Position numbers and translations under genes: made by a program. Below, one piece after another: positions 32,884 to 43,542 of a stretch of DNA of 64,000 nucleotides (positions are counted from its first letter, which is position 1; each line of letters opens with the position of its first letter). Origin of the DNA: an uncultured Microthrixaceae bacterium (GTDB taxonomy: Bacteria > Actinomycetota > Acidimicrobiia > Acidimicrobiales > DATDAH01); assembly GCA_964635055.1 (NCBI GenBank), contig CAZWMT010000020.1, positions 25,145-89,144 on the forward strand, written 5' to 3'. The notes below the pieces were generated by a model. It was not told the DNA's origin. It worked only from the letters and a program-made list of their open reading frames with translations, and searched no databases.

Positions 32884-34277
32884 AGCCCGAGGTCCTGGCA
32901 GCGCCCCTTGGCCTCGAGGAACTCGTCGTAGCTGTCGGTGAAGAAGTGGTGCCCGTCCTGGCCGGCAAGCACGTAGTAGAGCCACGGTCCGTCCGCCGGG
33001 TGCATGGCCGCCTCCAGCGAGGCTCGCCCCGGGAGGGCGATCGGTGTCGGCGGCAGGCCTGCCACCTCGCGGGTGTTGTACGGCGAGTCGACGGCGAGCT
33101 GCGACGCGGTGAGGGTGCCGTCGGTCGCTCCCCCGACGGCGTACGCGATGCTGGCATCGATGCCGAGCGGGATGCCCTGCTCGAGCCGGTTGTAGATGAC
33201 GCGGGCCACCTTGGCCCGGTCCTCGTCGATGCCCGCCTCGCGCTCCACCAGCGACGCCACGATGATCGTCTCGTAGGCGCTGAGCCCGGTGGTGGCCTCG
33301 GCATCGTCGTACCCGGCCGCGGCGGCCACCTGGTCGAAGCGGTCGATCATGGCCTGCACGATGGTGGTCTCGGTGTCCTCCTCCTCGATCCGGTAGGTGT
33401 CGGGGAACAGCAGGCCCTCGAGGTTCCCCTGGTCGGCGGGTTGATACCTCGAGTGCAGCGCACCGCTGAGCAGCACGGCGCTGATCGAGTCGGAGGTGAA
33501 GCGGTCGACGGCGTCGTCCAGCGCCGTCACCATCGGGCCGGGCACCGGCAGCCCGGCACCGTTCCACACGCTGTAGCCCTCGGGGATCGTGACCTGGTCG
33601 TAGGGCGGGGCCTGTGGGCCGGCGTGGAGCGTTGCCAGCGTGGCGCCCATGGACGCGTGCTCCCGCAGCACGTAGTCACCGGCTTGGATGGGCACGTCGT
33701 TGCCGCGGAACTTCACGTAGTACTCGAAGATCGTGGCGTTGGTGACGATGCCCTCGTCGGCCAGCAGCCGGGCGATGCCGCTGGTCGAGGTGCCCTCCGG
33801 GATCGTGAGCGCCACTTCGTCGCCGGCGCCGCCCGGGTTGACCTGCTTCATCAACCAGACCGACCCCGCCGCGGCGGCGAGGGCGAACACGACCAGCACG
33901 CCGAGCACCACGAGGCAGCCGCGCCCGCGACGGCGCTCGTGCACGACCGCGCGCCTGCCACCTGGCTCGCCGGCACCGAGCGAGCCGGCGGCTGATCGAC
34001 CGGACGGAAGCGCCGCCTCGCGGTGCGCCGGGCCCGGTGGCAGCGCCGGCTCGGTGTGCGGCCGCCCGGCGGGCAGGGCCGGCTCGTCGTGGGACGGGCC
34101 GGCCGGAAGCGCTGGTTCACTGCGCCGGCCCCGCGTCGGCCCCTCGGCAGGCCCGGATGGGGGCGCCGCGGGTGTCGCCTCCCGCGGCGGGCGCGGTCGG
34201 CCCTTCGGGGCGGTCCGATCCCGGGGAGCGAGGAGCTCGGCGAGGATGTCGCTGCCGTCGTCGGTGGGGTTGCTCAC
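32877..34277 (-). CDS. mltG: Endolytic transglycosylase MltG with Pro-rich N-terminal extension
   Basis: Single TM, TIPEG, LEGLLFPDTY, ASLVERE, VIYNRL, SPYNT...GLPPTPI; GTG 34277 overlaps the ruvX stop. Confidence 0.94.
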   Translation of the reverse strand: MSNPTDDGSDILAELLAPRDRTAPKGRPRPPREATPAAPPSGPAEGPTRGRRSEPALPAGPSHDEPALPAGRPHTEPALPPGPAHREAALPSGRSAAGSLGAGEPGGRRAVVHERRRGRGCLVVLGVLVVFALAAAAGSVWLMKQVNPGGAGDEVALTIPEGTSTSGIARLLADEGIVTNATIFEYYVKFRGNDVPIQAGDYVLREHASMGATLATLHAGPQAPPYDQVTIPEGYSVWNGAGLPVPGPMVTALDDAVDRFTSDSISAVLLSGALHSRYQPADQGNLEGLLFPDTYRIEEEDTETTIVQAMIDRFDQVAAAAGYDDAEATTGLSAYETIIVASLVEREAGIDEDRAKVARVIYNRLEQGIPLGIDASIAYAVGGATDGTLTASQLAVDSPYNTREVAGLPPTPIALPGRASLEAAMHPADGPWLYYVLAGQDGHHFFTDSYDEFLEAKGRCQDLGLC

Positions 34278-34720
34278 TGGTGGTCCTGGGATCGGCGGTC
34301 GAGCCATGCCTGCAAGAGGACCGCCGCGGCGACCATGTCGATCACCTTGCGACGGTCCGGGCCACGCACGTTCTGCTCGGTGAGGGTGCGTTCGGCGGAC
34401 ACGGTCGTGAACCGCTCATCGTAGGTCTCGACGGGCAGGCCCGTGACCTCGGCCAGTCGCTCGGCCTCGCGTCGGGCCCCGATCGCGGCAGGGCCGTCCG
34501 AGCCGTCGAGCGACAGGGGCAGGCCCACCACCAGCAGGGTCGCCTCCCACTCGGCGGCGACCGCGGCGATCGCTCGCCGGTCGCGCGCGTCGTCGCCGCT
34601 GCGCTGGATGACCTGATCGGGCGAGGCCACCACCCGGTCGGGGTCGCTGACCGCGACGCCGATGCGCCGCGAGCCCAGGTCGATGCCGAGGACGCGTCCC
34701 GGAGACGAGGGTCGGGTCAA
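34274..34720 (-). CDS. ruvX: YqgF/RuvX family nuclease
   Basis: LGIDLGSRRIGVAVSD, VVGLP, DERFTT, ID..AA..LLQ. Confidence 0.95.
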   Translation of the reverse strand: MTRPSSPGRVLGIDLGSRRIGVAVSDPDRVVASPDQVIQRSGDDARDRRAIAAVAAEWEATLLVVGLPLSLDGSDGPAAIGARREAERLAEVTGLPVETYDERFTTVSAERTLTEQNVRGPDRRKVIDMVAAAVLLQAWLDRRSQDHQ

Positions 34721-37311
34721 GCCAGGCCCGCGGCGGCGCGGGCCTGGTCGAGGGCCTCGTCGAGCGCCGACGCGTCCTTACCGCCGGCCACCGCGAGGTC
34801 GGGGCTCTTGCCGCCCCCGCCTTTCACGGTGCGCGCCGCGTCGGCGATGAGCGCCGATGCGTCGAGCCCGCTGTCCTTGGCGGCGGCGGCGACCAACGCC
34901 ACCCCGCCCTCGTCCGGTGCGCCACCGAGCACGACGGCGCGGAGGCCGAGGTCGCGGATGGCGACCGCCAGGTCTCGCAGGTCGTCGCGGGGCACGCCAT
35001 CGGCCCGAGCGACCACGACACCGTCGACCGCGGTGGCGGCCAACTCCGACGCCCGGCCGGTGGCGGCCTGACGGCGCAGCGCCCTCAGCTCGTCGCGAGC
35101 CGTCTTCAGCTCGGCCAGTCGCTTCTCGAGGCCCTCGACCACCTCGTCGGGGGGCACACCGAGCAGGGCGGCAGTACGACCGAGCAGCGCCTCCTCGCGC
35201 CGGAGGCGCTCGATGGGGCCGGTACCGGTGACGGCCTCGATGCGGCGCAGGTTCGATCCGATCGACCCCTCGGAGATGATCTTCACCGGGCCGATGTCGC
35301 CGGTGGCCCGCACATGGGTGCCACCGCACAGCTCGACCGACTGCTTGCCCGCTTCGAGCACGCGCACGATGTCGCCGTACTTGTCGCCGAAGAAGGCGAT
35401 GGCCCCCACCGCCTCGGCGTTGGCCTTGGTGGTCTCGTAATGGCGAACGGGGTCGTTGGCCAGGACCTCACGGTTCACGAGGTCCTCGATGGCGACCAGC
35501 TCGACGTCGGTGACCGGCTCGTAGTGGCTGAAGTCGAACCGCAGGCGGTCGTCGGTGACCATCGAGCCCTGCTGCTTGACGTGGTCGCCCAGCACCCGAC
35601 GCAAGGCCCAGTGCAGCAGGTGGGTGCCGGTGTGGTTGCGACGGATCGCGTTGCGGCGGTCGACGTCGATGGCCGCGGTGGCCACCTGGCCGGCGGTGAT
35701 GTCGCCCTCGACGAGGCGCACGGAGTGGCGGTGGAGCCCGGGCAGGGCATAGGTGGTGTCGAGCACCTCCGCCCGACCGGTGTCGGTGCTCATCGTCCCC
35801 GTGTCGCCGACCTGGCCACCCGACTCGGCGTAGAACGGTGTGTGGTCGAGGAACACCGCACCCGTGGTGACCCCCTCGGTGTCGGTGGCAAGATCGGTCA
35901 CCGCCAGCACGCGCGCCGTCGTCTCGCTCTCCTCCCGACCGGTGAAGTCGGTGGGGCCGAACTGGTCGAGCACCTCGTGGTAGCGCTCGATGTCGCCCGC
36001 GGCGGGACCGGCCGCCTTCCGGGCGTCCTTGGCCCGGGCCCGCTGCTCGGCCATGGCGGCCTCGAACCCGTCGTCGTCGACGGCGATGCCCCGCTCGGAC
36101 GCGATCTCCTGGGTCACCTCGAGGGGGAACCCGTAGGTGTCGTGCAGCGTGAACGCCACCCGGCCGTCGAGGACCGCACTGCCCTCCAGGCGGGCCAGCT
36201 CCTCGTCCAACAGCACCGACCCGCTCTTCAGGGTCTGGCGGAACCGGCGTTCCTCACGGTCGACCACGCCCCGCACGAAGTCGTGGTTCTTGCGCAGCTC
36301 GGGGTAGTCGTCGCCCATGATCGCCACCACCTCGTCGACCAGCGCGGGGGTGACCACCTCCTCGACGCCGAGCAGGTAGGCATGGCGGACGGCGCGACGC
36401 ATGATGCGGCGCAGCACGTAGCCGCGGTCCTCGTTGGACGGGAACACCCCGTCGCTGATCAGGAACGTCATGGTGCGGGCGTGCTCGGCCAGGATGCGCA
36501 GCGACACGTCGGCGGCGGCGTCGCCGCCGTAGGTGACCCCCGAGAGCTCCGCCGCCCGGCCGATCAAGCGGGCCAGCTCGTCGGTGTCGAACACCGAGTC
36601 GACGCCCTGCAGCACCGCCAGGTTCCGTTCGAGGCCGAACCCGGTGTCGATGCTGGGCTTCGGGAGGGGCACCAGCGAGCCGTCGGCCTGGCGCTCGAAC
36701 TCCATGAACACCAGGTTCCAGATCTCGACGAAGCGTTCCTCGCCACCGTGGGCAGGGCCCCCGTCGGCCCCGTAGGTCGGGCCCTTGTCCCAGAAGATCT
36801 CCGAGCAGGGGCCACAGGGACCGGTGTCGCCCATGCGCCAGAAGTTGTCCTCGTCGAGGCGCTGGATGCGCTCGACGGGCACCCCGACCGCGTCGCGCCA
36901 GATGGCCTCGGCATCGTCGTCCGAGACGTGCACGGTGATCCAGAGCCGCTCCGGGTCGAGTGCCAGGGTCTCGGTGAGGAACTCCCAGGCCAACGGGATG
37001 GCCCGCGCCTTGAAGTAGTCGCCGAAGCTGAAGTTGCCGCACATCTCGAAGAAGCTGAGGTGGCGGGTGGTGCGACCGACCTCATCGAGGTCGTTCTGCT
37101 TCCCGCCGGCGCGCACGCACTTCTGCACCGAGGTCGCCCGCGGATAGGGCGCCGGTTGCTCCCCCGTCAGGTAGGGCGCGAAGGGCACCATCCCCGCGAT
37201 GGTGAACAGCACCGTGGCGTCGTGAGGGATGAGGCTGGCCGACGGCACCACCGTGTGGCCCCGCTCCTCGAAGTAGCCCAGGAAGGCCCGTCGCAGCTCG
37301 TTCGCCTGCAC
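34717..37311 (-). CDS. alaS: Alanine--tRNA ligase
   Basis: FFEMCGNFSFGDYFK, GPCGPCSE, EIWNLVF, HTGTH, ELCGGTH, GGGK. Confidence 0.98.
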   Translation of the reverse strand: MQANELRRAFLGYFEERGHTVVPSASLIPHDATVLFTIAGMVPFAPYLTGEQPAPYPRATSVQKCVRAGGKQNDLDEVGRTTRHLSFFEMCGNFSFGDYFKARAIPLAWEFLTETLALDPERLWITVHVSDDDAEAIWRDAVGVPVERIQRLDEDNFWRMGDTGPCGPCSEIFWDKGPTYGADGGPAHGGEERFVEIWNLVFMEFERQADGSLVPLPKPSIDTGFGLERNLAVLQGVDSVFDTDELARLIGRAAELSGVTYGGDAAADVSLRILAEHARTMTFLISDGVFPSNEDRGYVLRRIMRRAVRHAYLLGVEEVVTPALVDEVVAIMGDDYPELRKNHDFVRGVVDREERRFRQTLKSGSVLLDEELARLEGSAVLDGRVAFTLHDTYGFPLEVTQEIASERGIAVDDDGFEAAMAEQRARAKDARKAAGPAAGDIERYHEVLDQFGPTDFTGREESETTARVLAVTDLATDTEGVTTGAVFLDHTPFYAESGGQVGDTGTMSTDTGRAEVLDTTYALPGLHRHSVRLVEGDITAGQVATAAIDVDRRNAIRRNHTGTHLLHWALRRVLGDHVKQQGSMVTDDRLRFDFSHYEPVTDVELVAIEDLVNREVLANDPVRHYETTKANAEAVGAIAFFGDKYGDIVRVLEAGKQSVELCGGTHVRATGDIGPVKIISEGSIGSNLRRIEAVTGTGPIERLRREEALLGRTAALLGVPPDEVVEGLEKRLAELKTARDELRALRRQAATGRASELAATAVDGVVVARADGVPRDDLRDLAVAIRDLGLRAVVLGGAPDEGGVALVAAAAKDSGLDASALIADAARTVKGGGGKSPDLAVAGGKDASALDEALDQARAAAGLA

Positions 37312-37336
37312 CCCGACAATGTAGGGGGTGCGCTGG

Positions 37337-37624
37337 TCAGTTCGGAGACGACTTGACGGCCAGGGCCGGGCGCTCCGTGGTCGCGGCGCGGCCGCGCTCG
37401 AACTCGGTGCGAAGCTCGGCCTCGCGCTCGCGCATGGCCAATCGCCCTTCGAACACGGCGTCGTGCAGGTCGTCCCACCGGTCCCGCAGGCGCGCGCCCA
37501 CCGCGCCGGCCACCTGCACCGGTGCCAGCTGCCGGGCTTTCGACCGGGCCACGGTCAGCCCCCACAGGGTGGTGGCGCTGCCCACGACCGCGCCCATCAC
37601 GAACCAGGTCAGCCGCTTGATCAC
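37337..37624 (-). CDS. Small membrane protein (conserved-type gene upstream of alaS)
   Basis: VIKRLTWFVMGAVVG... TM then amphipathic helix, EGRLAMREREAELR; start trimmed to GTG 37624. Confidence 0.7.
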   Translation of the reverse strand: MIKRLTWFVMGAVVGSATTLWGLTVARSKARQLAPVQVAGAVGARLRDRWDDLHDAVFEGRLAMREREAELRTEFERGRAATTERPALAVKSSPN

Positions 37625-37632
37625 ACCGCTCC

Positions 37633-37989
37633 TCAGCTCGTTCGACGCAGCCGCTGGGCGGCGCGGTTGGTGCCGGCGGCGATGGCCAAGGCCTTGATCA
37701 CCGGCGTGGACAGGGCATCGGTGGTCAGGCGGGCCCGCGCCTCGGCGGCCGCGGTGATGCGCTCGGCCGCGTCGAGCAGCCCGTCGGTGCGGTCCATCTC
37801 GGACTCGGCGTGGCCGACCGCGTGCTGCAGGGCGTCGACCGTTGCCGCGGTCTCCGACCGGAGGTGCTCGACCTCGGCGTTCAACGCCCGCACCGCCCGG
37901 GCCAGCCACGCGACGACGGCCACCAGCAGGCACAACGCGATCGTGCTGGCCACCGCCACGACCAGCGCGGTGATCTCGACGGCGCTCAC
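37633..37989 (-). CDS. DUF948-like membrane-anchored coiled-coil protein
   Basis: N-terminal TM, heptad-like helix, PVIKA motif; GTGA overlap with rarA. Confidence 0.7.
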   Translation of the reverse strand: MSAVEITALVVAVASTIALCLLVAVVAWLARAVRALNAEVEHLRSETAATVDALQHAVGHAESEMDRTDGLLDAAERITAAAEARARLTTDALSTPVIKALAIAAGTNRAAQRLRRTS

Positions 37990-39308
37990 GTGTCGCGGTC
38001 CCGTCCGCGCATGCGCTCCGCGATCTCCTCCTCCGCACCGTGCGGTGTCGGCTCGTAGTAGACCCTGCCCGCCAGGTGCTCGGGCCGGTAGTCCTGCGGC
38101 ACCCAGCCTCGCGGGTCGTCATGAGGATACCGGTAGCCCGCGCCGTGGCCGAGACGGGCGGCCCCCTGGTAGTGGCTGTCGCGCAGGTGGGCCGGCACCT
38201 CGCCCCGGGGCTGGTCGCGCACATCGGCCTCGGCCCGGCCGAGGGCCACCATCACGCCGTTCGACTTGGGCGCCGTGGCCAGGTAGATGGTGGCCTGGGC
38301 CAGGTTCAGCTTGGCCTCGGGCAGCCCCACGAACTCGAGGGCACGCGCCGCCGCGTCCGCTACCACCAGGGCGTGGGGGTCGGCCATGCCCACGTCCTCG
38401 GACGCCAGGATGACGAGGCGGCGGGCGATGAACCGGGCGTCCTCCCCGGATGCGAACATGAGGGCCAGCCAGTAGAGGGCGGCGTCCGGGTCCGAGCCGC
38501 GGATGCTCTTGATGAGCGCGCTCACGACGTCGTAGTGGTCGTCGCGCCCGTAGCGGTGTGCCTTGGTGTCGAGCGCGGCCTCGGCGTGGGTCACCGTCAC
38601 GTGCGGTGGGCCCGCCGCATCACTGGCTGCATCCCCGGCTGCATCGACCGCCAGCGCGACCGCCACCTCGAGCGCGGTGAGCGCGTGGCGACCGTCGCCC
38701 GCCGAGCGCAGGATGAGCAGGTCGAGGGCGCCGTCGTCGGCGGTGGCGCCCTCGGCCTCGAGCCCCCGCTTCAGCAGGACCCGCAACGAGGCGTCGTCGA
38801 GCGGCTCGAGCCGGAACAGCGTGGACCGCGACAGCAGCGGCGGGTTGACCTCGAAGTAGGGGTTCTCCGTCGTGGCCCCGACGAGGACCAACAGCCCGGT
38901 CTCCACCACAGGGAGGAGCGCGTCCTGTTGGGTCTTGTTGAAGCGGTGCACCTCGTCGAGGAACAAGATGGTGCCCTGGCCGTGCTCGCCGAGCCGGCGC
39001 TCGGCGGCGAGGATCACCTCGCGGACGTCCTTCACGCCGGCGGTCACCGCGGACAGCGCCACGAACGCCTTCGACGAGCGTGAGGCCAGCAGCCGGGCCA
39101 GGGTGGTCTTGCCGGTGCCCGGCGGGCCCCAGAGGATCACCGACGACAGCCGGTCGGCATCGACCAGCGCCCGGAGCGGCCGCCCGGGGCCGAGCAGGTG
39201 GTCCTGGCCCACGACGTCGTCCAGCGATGCGGGCCGCAGGCGGTCGGCCAGCGGCGCGGACCGGCGCAGGCGTTCGTCCGCCGCGGCGCCGAAGAGGTCG
39301 TTGGCCAT
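37986..39308 (-). CDS. rarA: Replication-associated recombination protein A (MgsA)
   Basis: [51 protein letters not shown]; start ATG 39308. Confidence 0.96.
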   Translation of the reverse strand: MANDLFGAAADERLRRSAPLADRLRPASLDDVVGQDHLLGPGRPLRALVDADRLSSVILWGPPGTGKTTLARLLASRSSKAFVALSAVTAGVKDVREVILAAERRLGEHGQGTILFLDEVHRFNKTQQDALLPVVETGLLVLVGATTENPYFEVNPPLLSRSTLFRLEPLDDASLRVLLKRGLEAEGATADDGALDLLILRSAGDGRHALTALEVAVALAVDAAGDAASDAAGPPHVTVTHAEAALDTKAHRYGRDDHYDVVSALIKSIRGSDPDAALYWLALMFASGEDARFIARRLVILASEDVGMADPHALVVADAAARALEFVGLPEAKLNLAQATIYLATAPKSNGVMVALGRAEADVRDQPRGEVPAHLRDSHYQGAARLGHGAGYRYPHDDPRGWVPQDYRPEHLAGRVYYEPTPHGAEEEIAERMRGRDRDT

Positions 39309-39397
39309 CTCCGCGGAGGGTACCCCGCCCGCCCGCCAGGCCGTAGCCCACCCGCCCACCCGCCGGTGCCCGGTCCGGCGTGTGCCACGATCATGGG

Positions 39398-40105
39398 GTG
39401 CCGACGGCGCTCGTGGTGCTCTTCTACCTGTGGTTGGCCGTCTCGGTCGTGATCCTGGTGCAGCGGGTGATCACCCGCAGGCGGCGCCGCACCCCGGTGG
39501 CCAGGACCGCGCCGGGTGCGCCGATCATCCCGGCGGACTGGGCACCACCCGATCAGCCGCTCGCACCGCCCGAGCCCGGGGTGTCTCCCGGCCCGGCGGC
39601 GTCTCCCGACCCGGTGGTGGCACCGCGCGACCCGGCGTCGCCGGTGGTCGCCACCCCCACCGACCGCCCGCCCGCGAACTGGCCGCCCGCACCGGCGCAA
39701 CCCGGGACGACACCGCCACCACGGCCCCCGGGCCTGTCGTCGAGCGCGGCCGCCACCCGTCCCGGAGCCGGCTCGGCCTCGCTCATGGAGGCCCTGGCGG
39801 GGATCACCCTGCCGTGCGACCTGGTCCCGCTGACCTCGGCCGAGGGACGTGTGCTCGGCAATCGCGACCTGCTCCTGATCACGTCGGGCCACTCCGGCTT
39901 CGAGGTCGGACGCGCCCTCGGCCAGGCGATCGAGGCCCTTGGCTACACGCTCACGCCGATGGCCAACAACGACCTCGTGGCCGTCCGTGGCAACGACCGC
40001 ATCACCATCGACGTCCACGAGCACCCGGAAGCGCTCTTGTCGGGCAAGCGCCAGGAGTTCCCGACGGCCAAGGCCGGCGACGTGGTGGTGGAGCTGCGCC
40101 TCTAG
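39398..40105 (+). CDS. Hypothetical protein: N-terminal TM, Pro-rich linker, small C-terminal domain
   Basis: [21 protein letters not shown] hydrophobic segment followed by RRRRR; fills the gap between rarA and aspS. Confidence 0.7.
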   Translation: MPTALVVLFYLWLAVSVVILVQRVITRRRRRTPVARTAPGAPIIPADWAPPDQPLAPPEPGVSPGPAASPDPVVAPRDPASPVVATPTDRPPANWPPAPAQPGTTPPPRPPGLSSSAAATRPGAGSASLMEALAGITLPCDLVPLTSAEGRVLGNRDLLLITSGHSGFEVGRALGQAIEALGYTLTPMANNDLVAVRGNDRITIDVHEHPEALLSGKRQEFPTAKAGDVVVELRL

Positions 40106-40117
40106 CGCCGCCTCAGG

Positions 40118-41869
40118 TCACGCCTTGGGGGGCAGGAGGCGCAGGCCCAGCTCGGTGAGCTGATCGGCGTCGATGGGTGTGGGGGCCGAGGTGAGCGGGT
40201 CGGCTCCGGACTGGGTCTTCGGGAAGGCGATGACCTCGCGGATGTTCTCCTCGCCGGCAAGGAGCGCCACCAGCCGGTCGATGCCGAAGGCGAAGCCGGC
40301 ATGGGGCGGCGCCCCGTAGCGGAACGCCTCCAGCAGGAAGCCGAACTTCAGCGTCGCCTCCTCCTCGGTGATGCCGAGCGCGGCGAAGATCTTGTGCTGC
40401 ACGTCACTGCGGTGGATCCGGACCGAGCCCGAGCCCAGCTCCCACCCGTTGAGCACCAGGTCGTAGGCCTGTGAGCGGATCTCCAGCAGTGCCTCGCCGC
40501 CCTCGTCGAGCCGGTGCAGGTCGTCGAGGTTGGGCATGGTGAAGGGGTGGTGCGCCGACACCGGGCGGCCGTTCTCGTCGATGGACTCGAACAGGGGGAA
40601 GTCCACCACCCACAAGAAGTTGAGCCCGCCCTCGGTGACCGGCGGGCGGCCCAGCGCGAGTCGCAGCAGGCCGAGCACGTGGCGCACCGCCGGGCGCTCG
40701 TCGGCCACCAGCAGCAGCAGGTCGCCGGGCTCGGCCTCGGTGGCGGCGACGAGGCCCGACAGCTCGTCGTCGGAGAGGAACTTGGCCACGGGAGACGCCA
40801 GCGTCCCGCCCTCCTCGACCTTCATCCACACCAGGCCCTTGGCCCCGAACCGCTTGGCGTCGTCGGTCAGGCTGTCGAGCTGGTTCCTCGTCGTGGTCGC
40901 CGCCCCCGGCACCCGGATGCCCTTCACGCACGGCGCCTTGAACGCGTTGAACCCCGTGCCCGCGAACAGCTCGGTGAGCTCGACCAGCTCCATCCCGAAG
41001 CGCACGTCGGGCTTGTCGCTGCCGTAGCGCTCCATGGCCTCGTGCCACGTGATCGTGGGGATGGCGCCGGGGCGCTCACCCGTGACCGCCTCGACGGCGT
41101 CGAGGACGGCCTCGGTGGTGAAGGCCAACACGTCGTCCTGGGTGACGAAGCTGGCCTCGAGGTCGAGCTGCATGAACTCGAACTGGCGGTCGGCGCGCAG
41201 GTCCTCGTCCCGCAGGCACCGGGCGATCTGGTAGTAGCGGTCGAGGCCGCCCACCATGCACAGCTGCTTGAACAGCTGCGGGCTCTGCGGCAACGCGTAG
41301 AAGGTGCCCGGACGCTGTCGCGACGGCACCACGAAGTCGCGAGCGCCCTCGGGCGTCGACGCGATCAGCATGGGCGTCTCCACCTCGGTGAACCCCTGGC
41401 GGGCCATCGCCAGGCGCAGGGACTGGTTCACGGTGGCCCGTATGGCCAGGTTGCGCTGCAGGCGGTCGCGGCGCAGGTCGACGTAGCGGTGCCGCAGGCG
41501 CAGGGTCTCGTCCGTGTCGCCGCGCTCGCCGATGGGGAACGGCGGCGGCTCGGCCTGCGACAGCACCTCGACGGTCGCGTCGCCGATCTCGACCTCACCG
41601 CTGGGTAGGGCCGGGTTGGCGGTGCCCTCAGGACGGCGACGGACGGTGCCGGCGATGCGCACGACGTACTCGGAGCGCAGGTCGTGGCTCCCGTCCACCA
41701 CGCACTGGATCACCCCGGTGCGGTCACGCACGTCGATGAAGGCCAGGTGCTCGCCGTGCTCGCGCCGGGTGGCCACCCAGCCGCACACCGCCACCTCGCG
41801 CCCGGCGTCCTCGGCGCGGAGGTCGCCGCAGTAGTCGGTTCGCATGCCTGCTGCTGGTACGGCGGTCAT
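40118..41869 (-). CDS. aspS: Aspartate--tRNA ligase (likely non-discriminating)
   Basis: [49 protein letters not shown]; His in RREHG and Gly in RPEG suggest the ND type. Confidence 0.97.
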   Translation of the reverse strand: MTAVPAAGMRTDYCGDLRAEDAGREVAVCGWVATRREHGEHLAFIDVRDRTGVIQCVVDGSHDLRSEYVVRIAGTVRRRPEGTANPALPSGEVEIGDATVEVLSQAEPPPFPIGERGDTDETLRLRHRYVDLRRDRLQRNLAIRATVNQSLRLAMARQGFTEVETPMLIASTPEGARDFVVPSRQRPGTFYALPQSPQLFKQLCMVGGLDRYYQIARCLRDEDLRADRQFEFMQLDLEASFVTQDDVLAFTTEAVLDAVEAVTGERPGAIPTITWHEAMERYGSDKPDVRFGMELVELTELFAGTGFNAFKAPCVKGIRVPGAATTTRNQLDSLTDDAKRFGAKGLVWMKVEEGGTLASPVAKFLSDDELSGLVAATEAEPGDLLLLVADERPAVRHVLGLLRLALGRPPVTEGGLNFLWVVDFPLFESIDENGRPVSAHHPFTMPNLDDLHRLDEGGEALLEIRSQAYDLVLNGWELGSGSVRIHRSDVQHKIFAALGITEEEATLKFGFLLEAFRYGAPPHAGFAFGIDRLVALLAGEENIREVIAFPKTQSGADPLTSAPTPIDADQLTELGLRLLPPKA

Positions 41870-41961
41870 CTGGGGTGATCTTCTCCTCGCCCACCGCGGC
41901 GGGCCGGGCACGGCGTCCGAGGCTACCGGACCGCCCTGTCGGCCCCGCAGGCCGTTGCGGC

Positions 41962-43542
41962 TCAACCCGTGAAGGCGGGTGCGGTGGCGAACGGGTCGGC
42001 GACCGGCGCCACGGGGAACGACGGGCACGTGGCCGACGGCGGCGACGGCGGCTGGGGCGCCACAGGGCCGGGATCGCCGGCGCGGCCGACCGTCACCGTC
42101 ACCTGCTCGACGCCGGGATCGGCGACCACCGTGAGGCGGCGGTCGCCAGGCGCCGACGTGACCTCACCGCCGACCACGCGCACGTCGTACCCGGTGGGAT
42201 ACGCCCGGGTGTTCGTGTCGATCACCGTCGTCGTCCCGTCGGGGAGCGCGGCGCCGTCGGGCGCCGTGGTCGACCAGGTCACCTGGTAGGTACCGCCGAC
42301 GGCGTCGTAGTGGGCGCCGAGCGGGGTGCCGGCCACCGCCACGGCATGGGGCCGGGCCAGTGCATCGACGACCGGGCCGTTCACGTTCGCGCCCGTGGCC
42401 GGCGCACCCAGGTCGTGCACGAACTGCTCGTCGTAGGACCAGAACATCCACGGCACCAGCGCCGACTCGAACAGGGCGGTCTGGCGCTGCAGCGTGGCCA
42501 CGTCGCCCGTCGCGCCGAACTCCGTGTTGAGCAGCGCCCCACCCGTGCAGTCCGTCCAGTCCACCGCGTTGGCCACCACCGCGGGGTCGAACGCGGGGTC
42601 CGTGGTGTACACGTGGAAGCTCATGCCGCCGGCGGCGTCGCCTCCGGGCACGTCGATCGACGTGGTCGACTGGCCGAAGTTGAACAGCACCCACGGCTCG
42701 CCGAACACCAGATGCTCAGCGTCGTGGCGGCGCAGGGCCGCGGTGGCGCGGGCGTAGTAGGCGTCGAGCTCCTCGTGGTCGAGGTCGGGGCAGCCCTGCG
42801 GCTGGGTCACGCACGCCAGATACGTGGTGCCCGGCCAGGGCTCGTTGAGCAGGTCGTAGCCGAGGACGGCGTCGTTGCCGGCGAAGCGGGCGCCGACCGC
42901 CTCGAACCAGGCCGCGGCCCGGTCCTGCAGGCGCACGCCGCCGGGGCCGGGGATGTTGTCCCAGAAGCTCTGGAAGGCGGCCTGGATGGCCGGGTTGGTC
43001 AGGTAGTAGAGCGGGAAGGGCGTGCCCGTGTCGGTGGCGCCGTTGGTGAAGGTCATCCACACCGGGAAGCCGTTGTCGCGGAAGGCCGGGCCCCAGCCGT
43101 CCTGATGGAAGTCGAGCAGCACCCGCAGGCCGTGGCTGGCGAGCGTGTCGACGGTGGCCGCGATCTGGTCGAGGTAGGCGTCGTCGATCTCGCCCGGTGC
43201 CGGCATGAGCGCGTAGGCCTCGATGCCAAGTCGCACGGCGTCGAAGCCGCTGTCGGCCAGCAGTTGCGCGTCGTCGTCGTCGAACCCCGCCTCGGCCGGG
43301 TCGAGCGGTGGCGTCTTGCGCACCAGGTTCACGCCACGCAGCAGGAGCACCCTGCCCTCGGCATCGGTCAACCAGCGGCCCACGTGGCCGACGGGCCCGG
43401 CCGGCAGGCCTTCGGGGTGATCGGACCCCTGTGCCGCCGCCGGCGAGGCCAGCGGGCCGGCCAGGGCCGCCATCAGCAGCGCGACGGTGAGCAGCACCCC
43501 GACGGCGGTGTGCGCCGCTCGGGCCCCGCCCTCGTGGCTCAC
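41962..43542 (-). CDS. Secreted GH5 endoglycoceramidase-like glycoside hydrolase
   Basis: Signal peptide, GRVLLLRGVN, LLDFHQD, YDLLNEP (acid/base), NTEFG (nucleophile), C-terminal beta domain; GTG overlaps the relA stop. Confidence 0.88.
   Translation of the reverse strand: MSHEGGARAAHTAVGVLLTVALLMAALAGPLASPAAAQGSDHPEGLPAGPVGHVGRWLTDAEGRVLLLRGVNLVRKTPPLDPAEAGFDDDDAQLLADSGFDAVRLGIEAYALMPAPGEIDDAYLDQIAATVDTLASHGLRVLLDFHQDGWGPAFRDNGFPVWMTFTNGATDTGTPFPLYYLTNPAIQAAFQSFWDNIPGPGGVRLQDRAAAWFEAVGARFAGNDAVLGYDLLNEPWPGTTYLACVTQPQGCPDLDHEELDAYYARATAALRRHDAEHLVFGEPWVLFNFGQSTTSIDVPGGDAAGGMSFHVYTTDPAFDPAVVANAVDWTDCTGGALLNTEFGATGDVATLQRQTALFESALVPWMFWSYDEQFVHDLGAPATGANVNGPVVDALARPHAVAVAGTPLGAHYDAVGGTYQVTWSTTAPDGAALPDGTTTVIDTNTRAYPTGYDVRVVGGEVTSAPGDRRLTVVADPGVEQVTVTVGRAGDPGPVAPQPPSPPSATCPSFPVAPVADPFATAPAFTG

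Noticed and set aside
34274..34720. RuvX or RuvC as a mobile-element or Cas-like nuclease
   Set aside because: Both are ordinary housekeeping genes in the canonical alaS-ruvX-mltG and ruvCAB contexts
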